From IMG/VR virus record IMGVR_UViG_3300022833_000006: DNA of 64,000 nucleotides, one strand, 5' to 3'. The position numbers and the translations under genes are program-made. The notes beneath the pieces are model-generated. The model saw nothing but the letters and a program-made list of their open reading frames with translations, made no database searches and had not been told where the DNA came from. Source of the stretch: an uncultured virus (IMG/VR IMGVR_UViG_3300022833_000006) (taxonomy: Duplodnaviria > Heunggongvirae > Uroviricota > Caudoviricetes > Crassvirales). Positions 1-8,832 of the stretch are shown here, piece after piece; position 1 is the stretch's first letter, and each line of letters begins with the position of its first letter.

Positions 1-225
1 AAGAATACGAGTACAGTTTTCATACAGTTACAGTGTTGTAAAGTTAGGCGGGGTATAAACCCTTTTGTTAAAAAGGATGGGGTGATATGTTAGTTACTCC
101 TACATCTCTATCCCATAAATAATTTCATCAATATAAAAAATAAAAAATTTTATTACCTCTTTAACTATTAGTGCTATGTATATATAACAAATTATGTTAA
201 AGTTTACAAATATATTCTATTTTAC

Positions 226-256
226 TTGTTTATTAAAAATATTCTTCGTAACTTTG
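226..256 (+). promoter_or_regulatory. Bacteroidota primary-sigma-type promoter (-33 TTG, -7 TAACTTTG)
   Basis: TTG 226-228, 20-nt spacer, TAACTTTG 249-256, 18 nt upstream of ATG 275; matches the TAnnTTTG consensus. Confidence 0.7.
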
Positions 257-274
257 TAAAATAAAATAAAGAGA

Positions 275-508
275 ATGAAAAATAAATACCTTGATAAAGA
301 AGATATAGAAAGTTTAGGGTTTAAAGAATCTAAAACAGATATAAATTGGTATGATTATAAAAATGATAGATATTGGTTATATAAAGAAGATACTAAAGAT
401 TGGAAATGGATAATTAGTGATCAACAATCTGAAATATCATTTGCAGGTGCAATTAAAAACAAATCAGAACTTAAAGTATTACTAAAACAATTAAACATAA
501 ATGAATAA
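275..508 (+). CDS. hypothetical protein (77 aa)
   Basis: ORF downstream of a promoter with an A-rich leader; no recognised motif. Confidence 0.7.
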   Translation: MKNKYLDKEDIESLGFKESKTDINWYDYKNDRYWLYKEDTKDWKWIISDQQSEISFAGAIKNKSELKVLLKQLNINE

Positions 509-623
509 ACTAGATAGACATAAAGATGGTAATAGGTTAATACCATTAAAAGAAATAAGTAAACCACTAATAGGTAGGTTTAAAAAAGTAAATGGAAAAG
601 AGGTGTTTATAGAAAAAAAATAA
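501..623 (+). CDS. small hypothetical protein (40 aa, MNKLDRHKDG...)
   Basis: Read manually; ATG overlaps the end of the previous ORF, ends TAA. Confidence 0.45.
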   Translation: MNKLDRHKDGNRLIPLKEISKPLIGRFKKVNGKEVFIEKK

Positions 624-640
624 AAATAATTAAAAAAAAA

Positions 641-672
641 TTAGGAATATTCAAATATCCATCGTACCTTTG
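641..672 (+). promoter_or_regulatory. Bacteroidota-type promoter (TTAG-N20-TACCTTTG)
   Basis: TTAG 641-644, TACCTTTG 665-672; same architecture as the site at 25374-25405. Confidence 0.7.
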
Positions 673-707
673 TATTATATTAAAACAAAAACTATTAAAT
701 TAAACAA

Positions 708-1190
708 ATGAAAGATTTTTTAAAACAACCAAAAGCAATATTTATTGGTATTGCATTACTACTTAATCTAGGATCACTAGCTTTAGTATTTACAGGTAAG
801 ATAGACTTTACCACTTTTGTAACATCAATTAGTACAGTGTCAGCTGCTGTGTTTGGACTATATCAATTTTATATTAAGAAAGCTATTATTACAGAAGTGA
901 ATACTATAGTAAATCAAGCTAATGCTATTCAAGATGAAAACTTACATTTAAGAAAAGAAATAGACAGAATGAATCTTCAAACTAGTATTAAAAAACATAA
1001 TTCTGATTTAGTAACTAAAAATATTGGTGATACTTGTTGTGACTTACCAGATCAATGTGTAGAATCAGAAGCAGAAAGCTGCGTTAAAGAGATGGAAGTT
1101 ACGGGTAGTAAAGAATTATCTAAAGAGAAAAGTACAGACCCAGTAAGAAAACCTAAAAGAAAATACAACAAAAAGAAAAAAACAGACTAA
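708..1190 (+). CDS. membrane protein (2 N-terminal TM segments, coiled coil, basic tail)
   Basis: Hydrophobic stretches at about aa 10-29 and 33-55, then a heptad-like region and a Lys-rich C-terminus. Confidence 0.7.
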   Translation: MKDFLKQPKAIFIGIALLLNLGSLALVFTGKIDFTTFVTSISTVSAAVFGLYQFYIKKAIITEVNTIVNQANAIQDENLHLRKEIDRMNLQTSIKKHNSDLVTKNIGDTCCDLPDQCVESEAESCVKEMEVTGSKELSKEKSTDPVRKPKRKYNKKKKTD

Positions 1191-1456
1191 TGAACTACAC
1201 AGTTACATATTATAAAAGTGATGGTTGGGACACAACCGAAGACTTTAAAAATGTAACTTCCCGTGAGAAAGCCGAGGAAATCTTTGAAGACTACCTCGGC
1301 AGGGAATTGGGAAGTGAATTAAAAGAAGGTCTTATATCAGATCAAGAGTTTAGAAATATTGTTTGTAATGGAATTTACACGTATAGTGATAATGATTTAG
1401 AAGTAACAATATCTATAGAACTAACAGAAGACATATTTGGAAAAGAGAATGAGTAA
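1190..1456 (+). CDS. hypothetical acidic protein
   Basis: ORF coupled to the previous gene by a TAATG overlap. Confidence 0.65.
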   Translation: MNYTVTYYKSDGWDTTEDFKNVTSREKAEEIFEDYLGRELGSELKEGLISDQEFRNIVCNGIYTYSDNDLEVTISIELTEDIFGKENE

Positions 1457-2864
1457 AATATTAAGCAACGCAGAAGCAAGAGAAAAATTACTAATAGGTA
1501 CAAAAAAAATAGCAGATGCTGTTCTTAGTACATATGGACCAGATGGTCATAATGTAATTATTAGTCAACCAGATGGTAGTAGGTTTATTACTAAAGATGG
1601 TGTATCAGTAGCAAAAGAAATTAGTTCAGAAGATAGGTTTGAAAATGAAGCTATACAAATGTTAAAAGAAGCATGTTTGCTAACTAATACGCAAGCTGGT
1701 GATGGGACAACTACTTCAATGTTGTTTGCAAAAACTATTATAGAAGAAGGTTTTAAATCTTCTACTAACGGTATTACACTCAAAAGAGAATTAGAAAAAT
1801 GCTTACCTGATATTATAAATTATATAGACACTTACAAAAGAGAGTGTACAATAGATGATATATATGATATTGCAATGGTATCAACAAACGGTGATAAGAA
1901 TGTATCAAAACTAATACTAAGAGTTTTTAGTAGTAACATTGATGCTGATGTATTGTTTGATCAATCAAAAGATAAAACTACTACAACAGAATTTATTGAA
2001 GGGTATTCAACAGATGGTAATGTATTCAATTCTCAATATGACTATACAGAAGATACATTATCACATTCTAGAGTATACGCAGTAAATGGTAAGATTGATA
2101 ATGTAAGATCTATGAGTATTTTCTTACAAGAAATAAAAAATGTAAATGAAAACATAATTATTATAGCAGAAGAGTTTTCTAATGACATTCAAAAAATAAT
2201 ATACAATAACAGACAACATTGGAGTATTAAGCTTATTAAATCACCAGGTTATTCATCAGGTAGATTAGAAACGCTTGAAAACATTAGAGCTTACACAGGA
2301 GCTACTAAAGTGTTAAACACAGCACAATTTTACAAAGGTTTAGATTACGGATTTGTAAAAACTTTTAGTGGTAAGAATGGTAGGTTAATATTTCATAATG
2401 ATAATATAGAAAATAAAGAATTAACACAAAGAATTAAATTTTTAAAAGCTAAACTAGATAAGTCTACTGATGGTTACGAAATAGAACAGTTATCAGCACT
2501 ACTTAGTAAATTTAAATGTGGTATTAGTATAATTAACATAGGAGCAGGATCAGAAATAGAATATAGAGAATTACATGACAAACTAGAAGATGCAGTAAAT
2601 GCATGTAAGTCAGCTTTATTAGATGGTATAATATTAGGTGGTGGTATTACAGCAATGGAAATAGCTGATAAGATTGATAACAAAATATTAATTAAAGCAC
2701 TCAATGATCCTTGGTCTATATTAAATTGTTATGACAAAGAAGAGATAATTGAGAATAAAATATATGATCCATCACTAGTGCTTAAGTGTGCAATTACAAA
2801 CGCTATAGCAGTGGCAGGAACAATACTAACAACTAATACAATCATTATAAATGGGGATAGCTAG
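1449..2864 (+). CDS. groEL: GroEL-like chaperonin
   Basis: Motifs STYGPDGHNV, ITKDGVSVAKEI, AGDGTTTS, EDAVNA, GIILGGG, IYDP; start set at ATG 1449 (ORF track starts at 1437). Confidence 0.92.
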   Translation: MSKILSNAEAREKLLIGTKKIADAVLSTYGPDGHNVIISQPDGSRFITKDGVSVAKEISSEDRFENEAIQMLKEACLLTNTQAGDGTTTSMLFAKTIIEEGFKSSTNGITLKRELEKCLPDIINYIDTYKRECTIDDIYDIAMVSTNGDKNVSKLILRVFSSNIDADVLFDQSKDKTTTTEFIEGYSTDGNVFNSQYDYTEDTLSHSRVYAVNGKIDNVRSMSIFLQEIKNVNENIIIIAEEFSNDIQKIIYNNRQHWSIKLIKSPGYSSGRLETLENIRAYTGATKVLNTAQFYKGLDYGFVKTFSGKNGRLIFHNDNIENKELTQRIKFLKAKLDKSTDGYEIEQLSALLSKFKCGISIINIGAGSEIEYRELHDKLEDAVNACKSALLDGIILGGGITAMEIADKIDNKILIKALNDPWSILNCYDKEEIIENKIYDPSLVLKCAITNAIAVAGTILTTNTIIINGDS

Positions 2865-3153
2865 ACAACAACGTAGAGGTAAAGTAGATCAAAATGGTAA
2901 CAAGATACCTAAAAGACCTTTTAACAATAGTAAAAGAACTAAAGGTAGACAGACACAAGTTGATATGCAATTTCACACAAGTGAACTTACAAAGCGTATT
3001 ACATATGTAATGAAACTTGCTAATGAAATTAAAAAAGCAGGTTTAAAATTAACTCTTGACAACTTTGGTAAAACAGTTAGACAATTTGATAAAGAAAATA
3101 TGTTTGACGAATATGAGCAAGCTATAATGTTAAAGATTACAAACGATGAATAA
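2851..3153 (+). CDS. hypothetical basic protein
   Basis: Overlapping ORF in the operon; Arg/Lys-rich N-terminus. Confidence 0.65.
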   Translation: MGIARQQRRGKVDQNGNKIPKRPFNNSKRTKGRQTQVDMQFHTSELTKRITYVMKLANEIKKAGLKLTLDNFGKTVRQFDKENMFDEYEQAIMLKITNDE

Positions 3154-3406
3154 ATATAAAAAAGATCCTATTGATAAATTTAAAAATGGTAAAAATTTTA
3201 TTAAATCTGTCAGTGTAAAGAAATCTTTTACAGAAAAACAAAAAAGAGAAAATAAAACAATTAAAAAAATAGTTAAATTATATTTAGATAATTTTATTTA
3301 TGAAAAAAAAGAAGATTCAAGTAAATTAAATAGAATAATAGAATTAGAACATGAAAATGCTGATGTTATTATAAACATAAATATAAAATTAAAAGATAAT
3401 GAATAA
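3146..3406 (+). CDS. hypothetical protein
   Basis: Coupled ORF in the operon. Confidence 0.6.
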   Translation: MNKYKKDPIDKFKNGKNFIKSVSVKKSFTEKQKRENKTIKKIVKLYLDNFIYEKKEDSSKLNRIIELEHENADVIININIKLKDNE

Positions 3407-3689
3407 AAAAATTACTCTTAAAAACGTAAAAGCATTTGTAAAAGGTAATTTTTTATATTATCAAAATGAAGTTTTTAGTAGACCATTACACATAAAAGAA
3501 CAAGTAATATATAGACTTAATATTTGTAAAGATGATTGTCTAATAGAAAACGAATGTGTTTATTGCGGATGTCCACCAAAAAAGAAAAGTCATTTAAAAG
3601 AAAGTTGTAATGAAGGTAATAGATTTCCTGATTTGATGGATAAACAAAAATGGCAAGATTACAAAAAAGAAAATGGAATTAATATATAA
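3399..3689 (+). CDS. Cys-rich putative Zn-binding protein
   Basis: CxxxC...CxxCGC...C pattern. Confidence 0.65.
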   Translation: MNKKITLKNVKAFVKGNFLYYQNEVFSRPLHIKEQVIYRLNICKDDCLIENECVYCGCPPKKKSHLKESCNEGNRFPDLMDKQKWQDYKKENGINI

Positions 3690-3834
3690 ATATAAAACAT
3701 TTAAAGAGGTTGAAAAAATATTAACATTAACATTAGAAAAAAGTCAAAAATTAAACAAAATACTTAATTCAGATGTAATAATTTATAAAAATGGTAGACT
3801 TTGGAACTTAAAATTAATAATAAATAAAAAATAA
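3673..3834 (+). CDS. small hypothetical protein (MELIYKYK...)
   Basis: Read manually; fills the gap between coupled ORFs and ends in a TAATG overlap. Confidence 0.45.
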   Translation: MELIYKYKTFKEVEKILTLTLEKSQKLNKILNSDVIIYKNGRLWNLKLIINKK

Positions 3835-4010
3835 TGAATTACGATGATGAAGAAGTAGAATTTTGTAACGCTTGTAAAAGCTTATTTATAAAAGAAGATG
3901 AGTTAGGTAATGTATGGTGTGGTGATTGTGATAGCCTAGATCATACTTCAGTTTTACCAACTATATTTGATTATTTTGAAAAATATGGCTTTAAAGCTAT
4001 AGATGGATAG
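3834..4010 (+). CDS. small Zn-ribbon protein (58 aa)
   Basis: Read manually: MNYDDEEVEFCNACKSLFIK...VWCGDCDS; two CxxC pairs, resembling small Zn-finger genes upstream of terminase in crAss-like phages. Confidence 0.7.
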   Translation: MNYDDEEVEFCNACKSLFIKEDELGNVWCGDCDSLDHTSVLPTIFDYFEKYGFKAIDG

Positions 4011-4272
4011 CACAGTAATTAAAATATTAAATATACCAATATATGATAATGATGAATCAGAAGAACCAACATCTTATAAGTTAGTATATTTACCATCTAA
4101 AATAAACTCACACACAATAGAAGAAATACACGCTAAAGTAAGTGAAAACGGAAAGCTTTATAAAAATGTATCAACATTAAGAACTGATAAAGATCAAATG
4201 TATGATATAGTAGGTAATTATAAAAACGAAAACAAAAGACTGTTTACAGTTACAAAAAAAATAGGATATTAA
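4003..4272 (+). CDS. hypothetical protein
   Basis: Coupled ORF. Confidence 0.6.
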   Translation: MDSTVIKILNIPIYDNDESEEPTSYKLVYLPSKINSHTIEEIHAKVSENGKLYKNVSTLRTDKDQMYDIVGNYKNENKRLFTVTKKIGY

Positions 4273-4922
4273 TGGCTAAGGAAATAAATTTCAATATTAG
4301 ATTAACAGAAGAGCAAAAAAATGTTAAATCACAAATACTTCATAAACCTGTTAATTTTATATTAGGTAACGAAGGAACAGGTAAGACAATGCTCGGTGTA
4401 AATATAGCTTTAGATTTATTTTTTAGAAAAGATACTATATATAAGCAAATTATTATAACAAGACCTACTGTAACAACAGAGGATTTTGGATATCTTCCTG
4501 GAGATATTAATGATAAGCTTGGTCCTTTTTTGGCTCCTATATATGAAAATATAAAAAATGTATATTCTAACAATGATACAAAGAAAAACAAAATAGACAA
4601 GCACTTACAAAACAATGAAATAAGAATACTACCAATAGCCTTTACAAGAGGTGTAAGTTATGATAACGCAATAGTTTTAGTAGATGAGTTTCAAAACTGT
4701 ACTAAAGATCAAATTGAGATGATTATAGGTAGATTAGGTAAGACATCTAAACTTATTTTTACAGGTTCTAACAAACAAATAGATTTAAAAAGAAAAAGTG
4801 ATTCTTGTATAACTATTGTTGACAAAATAAAACATAGTAAATACGTTGGTGTTTATGATTTAACTATAAATCACAGACATGCAGCTGTAGAAAATGTTTT
4901 AAACATAATTAGAAATGAATAA
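4272..4922 (+). CDS. phoH: PhoH-like ATPase
   Basis: GNEGTGKT Walker A, ITRP, GYLPGD, AFTRGVSY, VDEFQN, GRLGK, QIDL and NHRH motifs. Confidence 0.93.
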   Translation: MAKEINFNIRLTEEQKNVKSQILHKPVNFILGNEGTGKTMLGVNIALDLFFRKDTIYKQIIITRPTVTTEDFGYLPGDINDKLGPFLAPIYENIKNVYSNNDTKKNKIDKHLQNNEIRILPIAFTRGVSYDNAIVLVDEFQNCTKDQIEMIIGRLGKTSKLIFTGSNKQIDLKRKSDSCITIVDKIKHSKYVGVYDLTINHRHAAVENVLNIIRNE

Positions 4923-5283
4923 TGGAAATTTTAAAATACCATGTAGCAAAAAAAGTTTTTTTAAAAGATGGTTATTAATAACTCAACCTTTTCATAAACT
5001 TAAACCTAGACAAGTATCTATACTTACTGAATTACTATATTATCATAATTTAATGAAAGATGACCATGATGACGAAGATGAATTATGGGAAGCCGTTTTT
5101 GATTACAGTATTAAATTAAAAATAAGAAACGATTTAAAGATAGAAGATCATATTATACAAAATAGTCTTACTATACTTAGAAAATCAGGAATTATAAATA
5201 AGAGAAGAATAAAAGAACAATTTATACCAAAAATTAAAAACGGTAAATACATATTAAATTTTGAATTTATAATAGATGAATAA
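4915..5283 (+). CDS. hypothetical protein, possible winged-helix DNA-binding protein
   Basis: HTH-like segment (KIRNDLKIEDHIIQNSLTILRKSGII); position in the pre-terminase cluster. Confidence 0.5.
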   Translation: MNNGNFKIPCSKKSFFKRWLLITQPFHKLKPRQVSILTELLYYHNLMKDDHDDEDELWEAVFDYSIKLKIRNDLKIEDHIIQNSLTILRKSGIINKRRIKEQFIPKIKNGKYILNFEFIIDE

Positions 5284-5494
5284 AATTATACACGCAATAG
5301 GTTTAATATCAAACAGAAGAGATATTGAAATAAAAGAAGTAGTAGATAGCGTGTATGAGTTTATGATATCTGAAATAGAAAAAAAAGATTTAAAAAACGA
5401 TGAAGAAACTAATTTTTTTCATCAACACCTTGGTAAGTTTTACTTTAATAAGAAGATTTACAACAAAATAAATAAATTAAATAAAAATGATTAA
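5276..5494 (+). CDS. HU/IHF-like small DNA-binding protein
   Basis: Two helices followed by NFFHQHLGKFY, similar to the HU 'l.gFGtF' motif; crAss synteny. Confidence 0.55.
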   Translation: MNKIIHAIGLISNRRDIEIKEVVDSVYEFMISEIEKKDLKNDEETNFFHQHLGKFYFNKKIYNKINKLNKND

Positions 5495-5840
5495 AACAGC
5501 AGACATTAAAGATTTGGAATTAAATTTTACACCACATAGAGGTAGTTATTTAATGACAACTAACAAGTACTTGGCAGCTAACGATTTAGATTTTTCAGAC
5601 AGTCAAGAACCTATTTTTGATGAATATCAATATGTAGCAGCAGTAGGAGATGGATGTCATTTTCATGTAGGAGACAAACTTTTATTAGATTTAGAACAAT
5701 TTTTAACACATAAAAAAGATCCTAGAAACACAAACGAAGTTATTAGTCAATTGGAATTTAAAAGTGTAGAAATTCAAGATATAATGTTTATTCTAGTAGA
5801 CGATAGCCGTAGATTTGTAAAAGGAAAAATAGAAGACTAA
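5487..5840 (+). CDS. GroES-like co-chaperonin
   Basis: FTPHRGSYLM...VAAVGDG..FHVGDKLLLD...MFILVDD parallels GroES PLxDRV...VLAVGxG..VKVGDxV. Confidence 0.6.
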   Translation: MIKTADIKDLELNFTPHRGSYLMTTNKYLAANDLDFSDSQEPIFDEYQYVAAVGDGCHFHVGDKLLLDLEQFLTHKKDPRNTNEVISQLEFKSVEIQDIMFILVDDSRRFVKGKIED

Positions 5841-6412
5841 TGACAAGTATACTTAGAACATTTGAAACTAATGAAAACTTTTGGTTAGTAAACCCATCGT
5901 TCCTTACTATTAAATTATATAGTAACTTACATAAATCAGATAAGTCTAAGGACAAATTAAATAGCTCACAAACAATGTGGGCTATTGCTTTTTTAATTGA
6001 TCCACATACGGACAATCCTTGGAAAAACTTAGCTACTGTAGATAAGCGTGATTTAATATATAATGATTTTTTTAAAATAAATTGGGATAAAAATGAAGAT
6101 TTAATAGATGAGTATTATAAAAGATGTCTTACTCTTGCTGAAAAAGATTTTTATGATATGCAAGAAAAAATGCACGAAAGAGCTTTGTTTATTAAAAACA
6201 CAAAGTATAGTCTTGATGAATTTGAAGAAGTAGATGGACGTAGTAAATTAGTTAAAGGTACAGCACCACAGTTAGATAAAATGGTTGTTGAAACTAAAAA
6301 AATATACGAACATTTAGATGCCATAGAACAGTTAATGAAAAAAGACCAAGCAGATGGAGGAAAAACAAAAGGAGGAATGCAAGAAAGTGCAGCAGAACAA
6401 GGATTACTTTAA
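5840..6412 (+). CDS. protein upstream of TerL, possible terminase small subunit
   Basis: Directly before terL; helical with a C-terminal G..KGG..ES tail. Confidence 0.5.
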   Translation: MTSILRTFETNENFWLVNPSFLTIKLYSNLHKSDKSKDKLNSSQTMWAIAFLIDPHTDNPWKNLATVDKRDLIYNDFFKINWDKNEDLIDEYYKRCLTLAEKDFYDMQEKMHERALFIKNTKYSLDEFEEVDGRSKLVKGTAPQLDKMVVETKKIYEHLDAIEQLMKKDQADGGKTKGGMQESAAEQGLL

Positions 6413-6425
6413 ATAAAGTATTATA

Positions 6426-8747
6426 ATGAATATAGTTAGATCACCATCAATACCTGTTATAAATAACAGAAACAATTTCCTTATTTCTAAGGTGCCTAAA
6501 TTGCATCCTAGTAGTATAAGTTATCTTAAATATTGGAAACTTCATAAGAAACGATGTATAGAAGGATTATGGGGTATAGATGACGCATCTGTAACTATGA
6601 ATGTGGATGAAGAAATAAATTACAATAAAGAATCAGATAGTTATCGTTATATGCCTGGTAATTTATATTTTTATGTAAACTTTGGTACAATACTTCATCA
6701 GGATGAAAACGGTCCACGTTCAGCACCTAAAATGAAAATGAGACCTTATCTTAGAGATATTGAATGGGGATTTTTTTATAACTGGTTAGAAGGTCGTGGT
6801 TTTTCAGGATTTTCAAATGATAAAGAATTTAGTTCTGATACTAGATTATTAACATTAGAAGAAGATAAATTACCTGACAATCTTAAAAATTTAAAATATA
6901 TAACACCTAGAGAAAACCTTAGAATGCTAAGAAATAAACCTCTAGGTATACCTTTGTATAATAATCAAGCACATAACTTATTTATGTTGGGTGCAAGGGG
7001 TTTTGGTAAAAGTTTTATGGTTGGTGTAGGTGTAGTTTTATATGAGCTATTATTTGATGGAGCAAAAGAATATACTAAACATTCATTAGAAAATCCTTAC
7101 AAAGTTGAAATATTTGTAGGAGCTGCTGTATCATCTAAATCTGCAGATATATTATCTAAAACAAAAGAGGCAATGGAACACTTGCCTGGTGACTATATAG
7201 ATTCAAATGGACGCTATTACCCATCACCATTAAATAAATCAATGGCAGGTGGATTAGGACCTAACAATATAAAAAATCCATGGAGACATGAGTACGATAA
7301 GAACGTTGGTGGTACTTGGATTAAATTAGGAACAGGTAGTAATATTAAACATGGTATATATACCACTGAAAACCCAGAAGCAGCAGCAGGAACAAGACCT
7401 GGTGTTATGGTCATAGAAGAAGTAGGGCTTATGACTAATGTACTTAAAACACATGGTTCTAACATAGCATGTCAAATGGAAGGTGATTGGAAGTTTGGAT
7501 CATCCGTTTACCTTGGTACAGGTGGTAACATGGAAAAAATTATTGAATCAGAAGTTATATTTAGAGATCCAAAACCATTTCAATTTTTAGAATTTGACGA
7601 TGTTTGGGAAGGAACTGGTAAGATAGGATGGTTTGTACCTGCAGTATATGGTATTAACAGTTTTAAAGATAAAAACGGTAATACAAATTTTGCAGAAGCT
7701 TATGATTACAAATTAGAAGAAAGAGCTAAAGCTAAAAAAGCTAAATCTACATCAGCTCTTGATTTAGAAATGATGAACTATCCTTTAGTTCCATCTGAAA
7801 TGTTTCTTAGTAAAAAAGGTAATAGATTTCCAATTGCAGATCTAAAAGAACAACTTAAAAATGTAGAACAAAATCCTAAAGAATATGCTAATAAGCATTG
7901 GTATGGTGATCTTGTATTTAATTCAAAAGGTGAATTAAGATTCTCACCAAAAGACATGAGAGAAGTTGTACATAAATATCCTATACTTGACAACTCAATA
8001 CACCCAGGTGTTATAGAATTTTTTGAAATGCCTAAACGTAATAAACAAGATGAGGTGTTTCCTAGTAGATATTACGTAGGAACAGATACATATGACGATG
8101 ATGATAGTACTACTAATTCATTAGGTTCATCAATAGTAATGGATGGATGGACTAAACGTATAGTAGCTGAATATACAGGTAGGCGTAACACAAGAGAGTT
8201 TTATGAAATAACTAGAAAGTTAACAATGTTTTATAATGCTTTAAATAATTATGAAAATAACAAAAAAGGTTTATTTTGGCATTACGAAAAAAAGAAATCA
8301 CTTAATAGACTTGCTGATACACCTGAATCACTTAAAGATGAAGCTAATACTACTATTAGAAAAACAGGTAACACTAGAAAAGGTACACCTGCAACAGTAG
8401 GAGTAAATAATTACGGTTTACAACTTATTGAAATGTGGTTAGATAATGACGAATTAGATGATAGAGAAGGTATCACACCTGTGCAATTATTACGTAGTCC
8501 AGGAATTATACGTGAACTTATAGCTTTTAATCCAGCAGATAACTTTGATAGAGTATCAGCATTAGGTATGTTATTAATATTAGTTGAAGATAGATATAAA
8601 ACTATTAAATATTCTTTAGCAAATTCAACTAAACCTAATGTTTCACATTTATCAGAAGATAACTTTTTTAATAAAAACTACGATTATAAAAATTTTAGTG
8701 CATATAACAGTAAGTTAACAAAAAAGAAGACACATTTCAATCTTTAA
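6426..8747 (+). CDS. terL: terminase large subunit
   Basis: Walker A ARGFGKS, Walker B VIEEVG, coupling motif GTGG, RNase H-fold GTDTYDDD and FDRVSA; precedes portal. Confidence 0.93.
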   Translation: MNIVRSPSIPVINNRNNFLISKVPKLHPSSISYLKYWKLHKKRCIEGLWGIDDASVTMNVDEEINYNKESDSYRYMPGNLYFYVNFGTILHQDENGPRSAPKMKMRPYLRDIEWGFFYNWLEGRGFSGFSNDKEFSSDTRLLTLEEDKLPDNLKNLKYITPRENLRMLRNKPLGIPLYNNQAHNLFMLGARGFGKSFMVGVGVVLYELLFDGAKEYTKHSLENPYKVEIFVGAAVSSKSADILSKTKEAMEHLPGDYIDSNGRYYPSPLNKSMAGGLGPNNIKNPWRHEYDKNVGGTWIKLGTGSNIKHGIYTTENPEAAAGTRPGVMVIEEVGLMTNVLKTHGSNIACQMEGDWKFGSSVYLGTGGNMEKIIESEVIFRDPKPFQFLEFDDVWEGTGKIGWFVPAVYGINSFKDKNGNTNFAEAYDYKLEERAKAKKAKSTSALDLEMMNYPLVPSEMFLSKKGNRFPIADLKEQLKNVEQNPKEYANKHWYGDLVFNSKGELRFSPKDMREVVHKYPILDNSIHPGVIEFFEMPKRNKQDEVFPSRYYVGTDTYDDDDSTTNSLGSSIVMDGWTKRIVAEYTGRRNTREFYEITRKLTMFYNALNNYENNKKGLFWHYEKKKSLNRLADTPESLKDEANTTIRKTGNTRKGTPATVGVNNYGLQLIEMWLDNDELDDREGITPVQLLRSPGIIRELIAFNPADNFDRVSALGMLLILVEDRYKTIKYSLANSTKPNVSHLSEDNFFNKNYDYKNFSAYNSKLTKKKTHFNL

Positions 8748-8817
8748 ATGCTATTAATTATATAGACACAAACATTAAATAATAAAGAATAAACTTTTTA
8801 TAAACAAATAAATAACA

Positions 8818-8825
8818 TAGATTTG
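8818..8825 (+). promoter_or_regulatory. possible -7 promoter element TAGATTTG upstream of portal
   Basis: TAnnTTTG match 7 nt before ATG 8833; no clear -33 element. Confidence 0.4.
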
Positions 8826-8832
8826 TACAGAT

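Noticed and set aside
1..130. tRNA, ncRNA or terminal repeat at the window start (three TACAGT copies, hairpin CCTTTT-GTTA-AAAAGG at 61-76)
   Set aside because: No cloverleaf or T-loop recognised; too little context to call
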